Positions 19,189-28,503 are shown, numbered from the stretch's first letter. The stretch: 61,456 nt of DNA from a bacterium (GCA_021831595.1 JAKBMK010000022.1:1-61456), one strand, 5' to 3'. Notes: generated from the sequence alone by a model not told the origin. A program made the numbers and translations.

Positions 19189-20706
19189 ATGAAAAATCTA
19201 GCAAACATTTTAAGAAGATCTAACCTTTCTCCAAAAGAAAGAATTGTTACTATAATTCAAAATGAAGTTTATAAAGAAAAAAATGGCAAAGGAACTCTTA
19301 CTGAATCCGAAATCTATTCTTTGTCACAAGGATGGACACCAAAAGATTCTTATGAAGCTAAAGAATATAATAAATATTTGGAAGCATCTAAATTAGAAAA
19401 ATCTATGAGACTAGACGCACGAATGTTTGCATATAGATCAGAGAATTTATTATTAAGGAGTAATATATTAATCAATTATACAACATACTTAGAAAATACC
19501 TTGGATGATTTTAAGAAAAATGAAACCGTAAGTAGATATGTACCACAAGAAGAAATAATCAATTTTATAATGGAAAATACATATCTTTGTTACGATAAGC
19601 TAATTCATATATTTACTTTCAATAATCTTTCTATGAATATTAGAGACGACCTACTTCTTTTGGATGAGTATGCATCTTACGACAGTAAATATTTAGAAGA
19701 TGAAGTTTTTCTTTATGAGATATTTAATAAATCAACACCTTTGGATGCACAAAATAAAGATACTCTCATTAATCATATATTTTCTCGTATGTATAATGAT
19801 GGTTTTAGAAAAATAAAAAATGGGTCAGAAAAAGATGGTTTTATGTTATTGCATTCTTTCGCAGAACTTCCAATAAATAAAGTATTCGAGAAATGGGCTG
19901 AATATGCTCATATTAATCTTGATGAAAAAAATATCAGTACTGAAAATTATTTACTTAATAAATTTGAAGAATATTCAAAAGAAAAAAACCAAACGATGAA
20001 AATGATCGTAAAAGAGACGTTATCTAGATGGATAGATAATGGATTATTCGTATCCGAATATGCTCCTTTATTTTTTAGTAACAGAAAAGATACATGGAAT
20101 GGAAATGCAAAACTTACACATAAAGAAATTTTTACAAAATGGTATACAGAATTACAAAAGACAAAAACATTTATTGGCAATCTTGTTTCAGATGGAACTT
20201 TAGAAATTAAATTTATTGATAGAGAGATTTTCAGTACAATAGAAAAAATTAAGATTGTAACAAGCAAAAGTTTATATAAATGTAAATTGGATATTGATTT
20301 TGTAAAAGAATGTAAAGATCAAATGATGGTGTTATCACCAGTAGTAGGGTTATTTTTGTTTATAAAAAAGAATAATAATCCACTAGTAAACTACAAAACG
20401 CTGAAATCTTTTTGTGAAATAGCACAGATTTTTTCTGATATATTTGATATTGATATGACGGATAAATATTCAGAATCTTTGCAATCTTTTGAGCAAGAAC
20501 TAAATATGATAAATATTACTTTTAGCAAATTACTCGATAAGGTAAGTGGTCTTTTATATACAGATAAAAATATAAAGTATGTTTTAGAAATAAATGATGA
20601 TAATTTACTTTTTAATTTAAACGACAGATCGTCTCAAGTTGCAGATAGTATTATCGATGATTATAAAGGCGAACTTAAAAAGATGGGCTTCAGGACTGAT
20701 ATGTAA
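19189..20706 (+). CDS. large all-alpha hypothetical protein
   Basis: 505-aa uninterrupted ORF starting 4 nt after the previous stop. No motif recognised. Confidence 0.6.
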   Translation: MKNLANILRRSNLSPKERIVTIIQNEVYKEKNGKGTLTESEIYSLSQGWTPKDSYEAKEYNKYLEASKLEKSMRLDARMFAYRSENLLLRSNILINYTTYLENTLDDFKKNETVSRYVPQEEIINFIMENTYLCYDKLIHIFTFNNLSMNIRDDLLLLDEYASYDSKYLEDEVFLYEIFNKSTPLDAQNKDTLINHIFSRMYNDGFRKIKNGSEKDGFMLLHSFAELPINKVFEKWAEYAHINLDEKNISTENYLLNKFEEYSKEKNQTMKMIVKETLSRWIDNGLFVSEYAPLFFSNRKDTWNGNAKLTHKEIFTKWYTELQKTKTFIGNLVSDGTLEIKFIDREIFSTIEKIKIVTSKSLYKCKLDIDFVKECKDQMMVLSPVVGLFLFIKKNNNPLVNYKTLKSFCEIAQIFSDIFDIDMTDKYSESLQSFEQELNMINITFSKLLDKVSGLLYTDKNIKYVLEINDDNLLFNLNDRSSQVADSIIDDYKGELKKMGFRTDM

Positions 20707-20713
20707 AGCAAAT

Positions 20714-20753
20714 AACAATAAAAGGATGATTATATAATCATCCTTTTATTGTT
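20714..20753. terminator. bidirectional terminator (40-nt perfect palindrome)
   Basis: AACAATAAAAGGATGATTAT|ATAATCATCCTTTTATTGTT, between convergent genes. Confidence 0.8.
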
Positions 20754-20769
20754 AGATATTTACTCAAAC

Positions 20770-21756
20770 TTATTCCTTACTACCATCAGCGTAAATGATT
20801 GTTTTAACTTCCCATTTATACTTTAAATTAGTAAATTCTGTATCTTTCAATTTAACATCTTCATCCATAAATTGATTGTAGTCTATTCCTGATTCCCAAA
20901 CCTTACTTTGATGAGCAGGAATTGATTTATCATAACCAACACTTATTGCTTTAATTTTATTATCAAAAATATCATAAAAGGTTAAGACACCTTCTACTCC
21001 CTTAATATCTTTGTCTGTTTCATTGGTTAGTTTTAGATTCATTTGAATCTGATCTTGATAAGTGCCAGAGGTATAATCAGCTTCATAAAAACTCTTTTTT
21101 GTTACTTCAAGACTAACTTTATTTGCTTGAGTGCTTGGTGTTTGAGTATCTGTTTTAGTTACTCCTCCTTGTTGTAAACTTTTACTTAATTCTTCTTTTG
21201 CCTTAGCAACACTAGCAACATGTTTTGCTGTAGAGATTGAACCCATAATAATTGCTAATACAATTAATGCCACAATAGAAAGAATTACACCGTGTTTAGT
21301 TGATGAATTTTCTATTTGTTTTATACCTGATGCTTCTGCTTTTTTCTCATACTTCTTTGTAACTAAATGCATAATTATTCCTCCTGCAATTCCTACCATG
21401 AAAGCAATTATAGTAATAAATGTTCCACCAATGGCAGTTCCTATTGCACCACCCGCCTGTTCAAATTCATTAGCTGATGAAGAAATAACTTTTGAGCCAA
21501 TAACGAAAGTTAAAACTAATGCGGATACTGGAAGCAAGAAGAAAGAGATTTCTGTTAAACGAAAAAATCTTTCTAAAATATGATTCTTCTCCGTAAACTG
21601 ATAAACATTCCAGATCATTAAAATCCAGATAATTAAAAAACCTATACCCATATAAGAGTTACCCGTCATCCACGCATAATTTTGCCAAAAAATTAAAGCG
21701 GGTAACAATGCTAACAAAATCTTAAGAGACAAATGCTTTTTGATATTGTTTTCCAT
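20770..21756 (-). CDS. multi-pass membrane protein with C-terminal extracytoplasmic beta domain
   Basis: 328 aa. About 6 hydrophobic helices, a Gly-rich helix (GGAIGTAIGGTF), then a soluble C-terminal domain of about 120 aa. Confidence 0.6.
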   Translation of the reverse strand: MENNIKKHLSLKILLALLPALIFWQNYAWMTGNSYMGIGFLIIWILMIWNVYQFTEKNHILERFFRLTEISFFLLPVSALVLTFVIGSKVISSSANEFEQAGGAIGTAIGGTFITIIAFMVGIAGGIIMHLVTKKYEKKAEASGIKQIENSSTKHGVILSIVALIVLAIIMGSISTAKHVASVAKAKEELSKSLQQGGVTKTDTQTPSTQANKVSLEVTKKSFYEADYTSGTYQDQIQMNLKLTNETDKDIKGVEGVLTFYDIFDNKIKAISVGYDKSIPAHQSKVWESGIDYNQFMDEDVKLKDTEFTNLKYKWEVKTIIYADGSKE

Positions 21757-21782
21757 AGTTTCTGTTTTGCGTTTTATTTATA

Positions 21783-21937
21783 AAACCTAGTGATAAGACG
21801 CAAAAAGCCCACCACATAGGTAGTGACCGAAGTCACTCATATCCGTTTCCAGATACGGCAGATCGTGCGACCCCATATGATGGGTTCTTTATGCACGATC
21901 TGACTAACTTTCACCATGCCTTTATCACTAAAGGTTT
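21783..21937 (-). ncRNA. candidate structured RNA of unknown class (four-helix junction)
   Basis: A 14-bp closing helix joins 21783-21796 to 21922-21937. It encloses three hairpins: 21822-21837 (6 bp; the loop reads UUCG on the minus strand), 21843-21858, and 21861-21900 (8 bp plus an inner ACCC/GGGT stem). A minus-strand TATAAT lies at 21968-21973. Confidence 0.3.
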
Positions 21938-22041
21938 AGGCTACTTAAACTATTAACTTGTAAAGAAATTATACCTTATTTTTTAAGGTCGCACCATATT
22001 AGCTCACATTTAAGTATTTGTGTAGTCGAGTTATCAACAGC

Positions 22042-24495
22042 TTAATTTTGAGCGGTTTTATTTTTTGCTATACGTTTCTGGTGTTTCTTATCCCATTTTT
22101 TATGCCACTCTTCTTCCCAAGAAGGCAGGTTCAAATAGATTTGTTGTGTCGCATCACATACAGGCAACAAGCCAGTTATATGATCAAAATTTTTCTTCCA
22201 AGGTTCAGGCCAACAATGTGGGACACCAGGGAATTCTGTTAATTCAGTATTTGTAAGAACGAGTACCGGATTTATTGGTCGACTGTTTTTCCAATATTTT
22301 CTTCCTACTTTTGCGATTTTAGTTATATTTTTTATTTCATATGCAGTAAGTTCTTTTTTCATAGTACAAAATACAATAACGGCACCTGGAAACTTTTTAG
22401 CTAATCCGGACATTCTGTCAAAATCTTTCTTCTCAAAATCACTAAAGCTTTTACATTCAGCAAATAAAACACCGCTACAATCATTATTTCTGTTTGATTT
22501 TTGTTCCCAAAACCCAGCAAAATCAGCTTCCAGTTTTTTGCCTTCTTTGTCTGTTGCATTAAAACTAAAAACAGGAGAAAATTTTGTACCAATTAAGCTA
22601 TGCTCATTAAAGAAATTTACTCCGAGTAATACTGAAAATGCACCATCAGCATGTTGAGGAACACTGAAAGGTCCTGATGTTTTATAACTCCATGTTGAAA
22701 TATGTATGTTTCCAATAGCAGGAAAAGAATGAAGGCATTTAGGGCATACGCAAAGATCTTTAACATCATCAAGTTGATACCAAGATTTTCTAAAACACTC
22801 TGGGCATTCTATTTTTAGACCTAGCCTAAATATACCCTTTGATAAAAGATATTCATGTAAACTTTCGTCAGAACCTCCTCGACGGCTTTTGAGTTTGGCT
22901 TTTACTTTATCAACAGATAGATCTCTGCCTTCTTCTAGTTCAATATTGGTTGTAGCTTCATCTTTGTAAAGATTTTTCCCACCATTCATGTGGTCCAAGA
23001 CTTTTAATAAACTTTCATTTCCAAGAGTTGCAATATGACCGTCTAATTTATTATATATCTGCTTTGCAAGAACCCCTGGATTAGATAATTTAGAAACCCA
23101 CCCCTGGTCTTCCAGCCATGCGAAGAAAGTTTTTTCAGAAGTAGGGATATCCCAATATTCCTTAAGTGTATCTTTCACAAGATACACGAGACCATTTCTT
23201 CCAACTCTCCATTCGTTCCTAAAAGATCCCTGACTAGAAATAGCTCGAATAAACTTTTCACCAGTACTTCTAGGTAAAACTTCTGCCATATATTCATTTG
23301 AACCATAGAACCTAAAACTGATTTCGTTGGCGCAACACGGTTCACTATCCATACTTTTATCTTGTGTAAACTTTGGAAAGACTGGATTAAAATGAACTCT
23401 AAACTTCTCCATGTCTGTAATTTCTATGGAAGTTTGTTGTTCATATGTATCATTGGGGTCTGCACCATCATAGGCCCTGCCTCCACTCTCATCCCATATG
23501 CGTGGATACCAATGTTGTAAGCTAAAATAGCCAAATTTAGAAGTATCTTTCGGATCGTCAATTTTTACTGAAGATGCAAAAAAATTACTCATATCATCCA
23601 TGTCACAATTTCTGCCTCTAATTATAGAGACTACGTCAAATACGCCACGTTGATGTTTCCACTCATGCCTATTAGCTTTAATGAACTTAATCATTTCATC
23701 TTTTAGACTTTGATTGTCTCTTAATTGTTTAGGTAGAGGAAATACAGAACGTCCAAGGGCACGCAGATTCCAAAAATCTACAATATCCAAATGTTTTGAA
23801 GCATCAAAATAAAATACTGCTGCCTCTTTTCGGAAGCCAGAGTGTCTAAAGTGTTCAAGGTTTCCTTGTGTTGCTCGTCTAGGAAAAATATTATCTCCAT
23901 GGAAAAGATCACCAACCGAGGATAGGTCAATATCAATTTCTTTTATATCAAGCGGTTTGTAATAATTTTTTCTTAAAGCATCAAGAGTTTTGTCTGGGAA
24001 TTCACCGAAGATGCTTGCCCATAAAAGTGGATACTTGTTTGGTATTTTAGGAATAATAACCTTAACTGGATATTTGGGTTTATATTTAAAATGTATTTCA
24101 AATATTTCATTAAAAACATCAAAGATTCCGATACCAAAATGAGCTTTAAATGGACTACTGTAAACACCGTGTTGTTGCCAAATTTCATTAGGACTAATGA
24201 TTCTTAGTCCTGTATCTCTCACGAAAGCTGGAATCTCTTTTGAAAATTGAACAAGAATATCGGGGTCAAAGGAATCAATATATCCAAGAATAACTTTTTT
24301 AGGTTCTGGTGCTTTGATTGGACCTTCACGCCAAGTTTTGGGCATTTTCTTATACAGAGGAATAATTGGATTATAAACTCCTCCCCATAATGTGGAGCTG
24401 ATTTTAATTGCCTCACGAACTTGCTCCGGTGAATTTGGGTCAACGAGATAAGCAAGCTTTAGTGGTCTAACTTTTATATCAACTGTTCCTAACAT
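22042..24495 (-). CDS. large hypothetical protein with Zn ribbon and PD-(D/E)xK-like C-terminal region
   Basis: 819-aa ORF. Start moved to the third codon (ATG 24495) because a minus-strand TGCTAAAAT box (24502-24510) lies exactly 6 nt upstream of it. CPEC...(20 aa)...CPKC ribbon at about 22730-22820. EADFAG...VLFAECKSF (D...ExK pattern) at about 22450-22530. Confidence 0.65.
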   Translation of the reverse strand: MLGTVDIKVRPLKLAYLVDPNSPEQVREAIKISSTLWGGVYNPIIPLYKKMPKTWREGPIKAPEPKKVILGYIDSFDPDILVQFSKEIPAFVRDTGLRIISPNEIWQQHGVYSSPFKAHFGIGIFDVFNEIFEIHFKYKPKYPVKVIIPKIPNKYPLLWASIFGEFPDKTLDALRKNYYKPLDIKEIDIDLSSVGDLFHGDNIFPRRATQGNLEHFRHSGFRKEAAVFYFDASKHLDIVDFWNLRALGRSVFPLPKQLRDNQSLKDEMIKFIKANRHEWKHQRGVFDVVSIIRGRNCDMDDMSNFFASSVKIDDPKDTSKFGYFSLQHWYPRIWDESGGRAYDGADPNDTYEQQTSIEITDMEKFRVHFNPVFPKFTQDKSMDSEPCCANEISFRFYGSNEYMAEVLPRSTGEKFIRAISSQGSFRNEWRVGRNGLVYLVKDTLKEYWDIPTSEKTFFAWLEDQGWVSKLSNPGVLAKQIYNKLDGHIATLGNESLLKVLDHMNGGKNLYKDEATTNIELEEGRDLSVDKVKAKLKSRRGGSDESLHEYLLSKGIFRLGLKIECPECFRKSWYQLDDVKDLCVCPKCLHSFPAIGNIHISTWSYKTSGPFSVPQHADGAFSVLLGVNFFNEHSLIGTKFSPVFSFNATDKEGKKLEADFAGFWEQKSNRNNDCSGVLFAECKSFSDFEKKDFDRMSGLAKKFPGAVIVFCTMKKELTAYEIKNITKIAKVGRKYWKNSRPINPVLVLTNTELTEFPGVPHCWPEPWKKNFDHITGLLPVCDATQQIYLNLPSWEEEWHKKWDKKHQKRIAKNKTAQN

Positions 24496-24606
24496 AAACA
24501 TATTTTAGCAAAAAATGACCCTTAAATAAAGGCGTTTTAGTTATCAACTACTAGTACTCGGGACGCTCTGGACTCTTAGGGCTGGTTGCGTCATTAATGT
24601 AGGTAT

Positions 24607-25938
24607 ATGAAAATAGATAACCCAAATCAAGAGAAAGGAGTAGAAAAAATTAAGGTCGAACCAAAGAAGATCAGGTACTGTCTTTATGCGAGAAAATCAA
24701 CAGAATCAGAAGAAAGACAGGTTCTTTCAATAGACAGCCAAATCAGTGAAATGCTCCAATTAGCCGATCGTGAGGGGCTTGAAGTAGTCACTATGAAGCG
24801 TGAAAGCCATAGTGCTAAAGAGACTGGGCAAAGACCTGTATTTAACGAAATTATTGAAGAAATCAAACAAGACAAATTTAATGCAATCCTCACCTGGGCA
24901 CCCGATCGTATTTCAAGAAATGCAGGTGATCTTGGAAAAATTGTAGACTTAATGGATTCAGGAAAATTACATATGATACGAACCTTCGGACAAACATTTG
25001 GAAATAATCCAAATGAGAAGTTTCTCCTAATGATACTAGGAAGCCAAGCAAAACTAGAAAATGACAATCGAGGTATTAATGTGAAGCGAGGATTGCGAAC
25101 GAGAGTAGAGATGGGGTTATGGCCTGGGATGGCACCGCTTGGATATCTCAATCAAAAACTGATGGATAGGAAGTGCCAGATAGTAATTGATCCAGACAGA
25201 GCACCAATCATAAAGAAAATGTTTGAGAAAGTGGTATATGAACATTGGAGTGGTAGAAAAGTATATAACTGGTTACGATTTGATTTAAATTTCTATACTC
25301 GAGGAAATAAACCCCTGACACTATCAGGGGTTTATCGTATCTTTAATATGCCAATCTATTATGGACCATTTGAATACCCAAGAAATTCTGATAACTGGTA
25401 TCAAGGAAGTCATACTCCAATAATTACTCAAGAGTTATTTGAAAAAGCTCAAGCACAATTAAAGAGAGATAGAATTGTGAGAGAAAACAGAGAGTTTGCT
25501 TTCACTAAATTATTTACATGTGGAATGTGTAGCTCGGGAATATCTGCTCAAGAGAAGTACAAAGAACTTAAAGATGGAACTACCGCTAAATATGTTTACT
25601 ACTCTTGCTCAAAAGCGAGAGATCGAAATTGCAAAAATAAATATATTAGAGAAGAAGAATTGATAGATGAATTATTTAAAGTGATTGATAAGGTAAGTAT
25701 CAATGAATTAGGAATGAGAATCAAGCTTGAAGAAGAAATCAAGAGATTCAATCGACTTCAAAGATTGGCAACAAAAGGCACACCTAAATACTCAATAAAT
25801 GAGGATGATGTGAATACTAGAGAATACGCCAAGTATGTACTTAGAGAAGGCACACCACTTGAGAAGAGAGAACTACTTGGACATTTAAGGAGTAGATTGG
25901 TACTAAATGATAAGAAAATTACATTAATTGAAGAGTAG
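24607..25938 (+). CDS. large serine recombinase (resolvase domain + recombinase domain + zinc ribbon)
   Basis: 443 aa. YARKSTESEERQ catalytic-Ser region, ILTWAPDRISRN, GLWPGMAPLGY and CGMCSSGI...YYSC zinc ribbon. Confidence 0.9.
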   Translation: MKIDNPNQEKGVEKIKVEPKKIRYCLYARKSTESEERQVLSIDSQISEMLQLADREGLEVVTMKRESHSAKETGQRPVFNEIIEEIKQDKFNAILTWAPDRISRNAGDLGKIVDLMDSGKLHMIRTFGQTFGNNPNEKFLLMILGSQAKLENDNRGINVKRGLRTRVEMGLWPGMAPLGYLNQKLMDRKCQIVIDPDRAPIIKKMFEKVVYEHWSGRKVYNWLRFDLNFYTRGNKPLTLSGVYRIFNMPIYYGPFEYPRNSDNWYQGSHTPIITQELFEKAQAQLKRDRIVRENREFAFTKLFTCGMCSSGISAQEKYKELKDGTTAKYVYYSCSKARDRNCKNKYIREEELIDELFKVIDKVSINELGMRIKLEEEIKRFNRLQRLATKGTPKYSINEDDVNTREYAKYVLREGTPLEKRELLGHLRSRLVLNDKKITLIEE

Positions 25939-25970
25939 CAATTCAAAGTTGCATTTAATAAAGGTAGATG

Positions 25971-26000
25971 ATAACATATCAATATAATTTGATATGTTAT
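25971..26000. promoter_or_regulatory. 12-6-12 perfect inverted repeat over a TATAAT box (candidate ArsR operator/promoter)
   Basis: ATAACATATCAA-TATAAT-TTGATATGTTAT. It ends 1 nt before the arsR ATG. Confidence 0.55.
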
Positions 26001-26001
26001 T

Positions 26002-26304
26002 ATGAACAACAAAAAACAAAAAACATTTTTAGAGCAGTTAAAAGCATTGAGTGATAATACTCGACTCGATATTGTTTTATTTATCGCTTCCGGTGAAAAA
26101 TGTGTTTGTGATATATTTAAGCATCTAAAATTACCCCAAAATCTTATTTCCCACCACTTGGCAGTTTTGCGTAAAAATGAACTAATAATAAATCGCAAGG
26201 AAGGCAAATGGGTTCATTACTCCCTGAATAGAAAGAATTTTGAAAAGATACAAAAAAGCTTAGAAAAAATTATAAAAACAAAAGAAATAATATCAAAATG
26301 CTAA
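26002..26304 (+). CDS. arsR: ArsR/SmtB-family metalloregulator
   Basis: 100 aa. LSDNTRLDIVLFIASGEKCVCDI (metal-site CVC) and a wHTH (ISHHLAVLRKNELI). Confidence 0.85.
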   Translation: MNNKKQKTFLEQLKALSDNTRLDIVLFIASGEKCVCDIFKHLKLPQNLISHHLAVLRKNELIINRKEGKWVHYSLNRKNFEKIQKSLEKIIKTKEIISKC

Positions 26305-26327
26305 ATATTAATTTGAATAAACAAAAT

Positions 26328-26630
26328 ATGAATAAAAAAATTGTCATTTATGATCCGCCAATGTGTTGCTCAGCTGGTGTATGTGGTCCTAACCCAGACC
26401 AAACACTTATTAGCTTACAAGACACATTGGAAGAAGTTAAAAAGTTGGGTATAGAGGTTGAACGTTATCTTATTACACAAAGCCCCGAAAAATTCAAGGA
26501 AAATTCTGAGATTATAAAACTAATTCAAGGACAGCAACTAAAAGTATTACCAATTACAACTTACGAAGGAAAGATCGTTAAAACCGGTTCATATCCAACG
26601 CTTGAAGAATTTAAAAAGTTTATTAATTAA
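26328..26630 (+). CDS. arsD: arsenical resistance operon metallochaperone ArsD
   Basis: MNKKIVIYDPPMCCSAGVCGP carries the Cys12-Cys13-Cys18 signature. ORF 26298 trimmed to this ATG. Confidence 0.85.
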   Translation: MNKKIVIYDPPMCCSAGVCGPNPDQTLISLQDTLEEVKKLGIEVERYLITQSPEKFKENSEIIKLIQGQQLKVLPITTYEGKIVKTGSYPTLEEFKKFIN

Positions 26631-28486
26631 TGAAAAATAATATGAATACAAAATTTTATTTCTTTTCAGGCAAGGGCGGTGTAGGTAAAACAACAATGGC
26701 TGCTTCAAGCGCGGTATATTTTGCGGGTCTTGGAAAGAAAACTCTCATTGTTACCACTGACCCAGCTTCAAACTTAGCGGATGTTTTTGAGCAAAAAATT
26801 GGTCACAAGATTACAAAGATTAAAACAAATGAAAATCTCTTTGCGATGGAACTTGATCCGGATGTCGCTACGGCTGAATATAAAGAAAGAACGCTATCTC
26901 CGCTTCGTGGTTTGATTCCTGAGGAAAGTTTTGTAGTTCTAGAAGAGCAATTAAATTCACCTTGCACGGCAGAAATGGCCGCCTTTGATCGTTTTACCGA
27001 CTTTTTGCAAGAACCCAAATATGAAATAGTGATCTTTGATACTGCCCCGACTGGACACACCCTACGACTTTTGGAATTGCCAGTGGAATGGAGTGGTGTT
27101 ATAGAAAAGGCCGCTAAAGAAGGTGGTGGCGAAACCTGCATTGGTCCAGCCGCTGCTCTATCTGAATCAAAAGCTAAATTTGACCAAGCCATAGCAGCCA
27201 TGAGAGATACTTCCAGAACTACATTCGTTTTTGTCCTACGACCTGAAGTAACACCGATTTATGAGGCTGAGCGTTCTATTGCTGAGCTTTTAAAGCTTAA
27301 AATAACTTCACAAGAACTCATTATCAATGGCATTTATCCTCAAGATGTTTGTAATAATCCGTTTATGTTGGCGCGTTTGGCCAAACAGCAAGAATTTTTG
27401 GGAATTATAAAGAACAAATTTTCCATCCCCATTACTTTGATAGAGCTTGAACCAGGCGAAATCAAGGGTGAAAAATCGCTAATTAAAATGGGCAAAAAGC
27501 TTCACGAGCAAGCTCTAAAGTTAAAAGATTATCAGCCAGTAAAAATAACTATAGATAAGAGTAAATTTACGTTGGGCGATATTCCCAAAGTTGATGAGAA
27601 AATAAAACCATTACTTATTCCTCAAAATAGCAAAAGACGAACAATCTTTTTTGCTGGCAAAGGAGGAGTAGGAAAAACTTCAGTGGCAGCAGCAACGGGC
27701 TTGTGGATTGCTGAACAAGGTTATAAAACACTGCTTTTGACAACTGACCCAGCTTCTCATTTAAGCCAGATTTTTGAGCAGGATGTGAATGATAAGCCAA
27801 CTTTAATAAAAGGTGAAAAAAGTTTATGGGCTTGTCGAATCGATCCAGTTAAGGCGGTTGCCGAATACAAAGAGAAAATCTTAGTTGAAGCCAGACAAAA
27901 ATATGACAAACAAAGAGTAATTGCCATTGAAGAAGAATTGAATTCGCCCTGCACAGAAGAAATGGCTACTTTTGAGAAATTTATTGATTTTGCTACAAGA
28001 AAAGATTTTGAGGTTATCGTCTTTGACACTGCTCCAACTGGACATACATTACGACTTCTAGAATTGCCAGTTGACTGGAGCAAACAAATAGAAATCAAAA
28101 CTTTTACCTCAACTGGTGAAACAGAAATTGATAAAATTACCAAATCGCGTTTCAAAGAAGTCATTGATATGATACAGGACATCAATCAGACAACTTTCAG
28201 TTTTGTGATGTATCCTGAGTCCACTCCTATTGAAGAAGCAGCTCGGGCCATGGATGAACTTCTAGCTATTGGTGTTCCTACCAGTCTTGTTGTAGCGAAT
28301 TTCATCCTGCCAAAATCAATTATCACGAATGATTATCTAAGACAAAGGAAAACAATGCAAGAAAAATATCTAGTGGAAATGGAGAGACGTTTTACCTCTC
28401 CGATTGTAGAATTGCCACTTTTGGTCGATGATTTAATCGGCAAAGATAATCTTATGCTTGCTGGGCATATGCTATACGGAAAATAA
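26630..28486 (+). CDS. arsA: arsenite-stimulated ATPase ArsA (two homologous halves)
   Basis: 618 aa. GKGGVGKTT appears twice and DTAPTGHTLRLLELP appears twice. Confidence 0.92.
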   Translation: MKNNMNTKFYFFSGKGGVGKTTMAASSAVYFAGLGKKTLIVTTDPASNLADVFEQKIGHKITKIKTNENLFAMELDPDVATAEYKERTLSPLRGLIPEESFVVLEEQLNSPCTAEMAAFDRFTDFLQEPKYEIVIFDTAPTGHTLRLLELPVEWSGVIEKAAKEGGGETCIGPAAALSESKAKFDQAIAAMRDTSRTTFVFVLRPEVTPIYEAERSIAELLKLKITSQELIINGIYPQDVCNNPFMLARLAKQQEFLGIIKNKFSIPITLIELEPGEIKGEKSLIKMGKKLHEQALKLKDYQPVKITIDKSKFTLGDIPKVDEKIKPLLIPQNSKRRTIFFAGKGGVGKTSVAAATGLWIAEQGYKTLLLTTDPASHLSQIFEQDVNDKPTLIKGEKSLWACRIDPVKAVAEYKEKILVEARQKYDKQRVIAIEEELNSPCTEEMATFEKFIDFATRKDFEVIVFDTAPTGHTLRLLELPVDWSKQIEIKTFTSTGETEIDKITKSRFKEVIDMIQDINQTTFSFVMYPESTPIEEAARAMDELLAIGVPTSLVVANFILPKSIITNDYLRQRKTMQEKYLVEMERRFTSPIVELPLLVDDLIGKDNLMLAGHMLYGK

Positions 28487-28503
28487 AATTTTACAACACC
28501 ACT

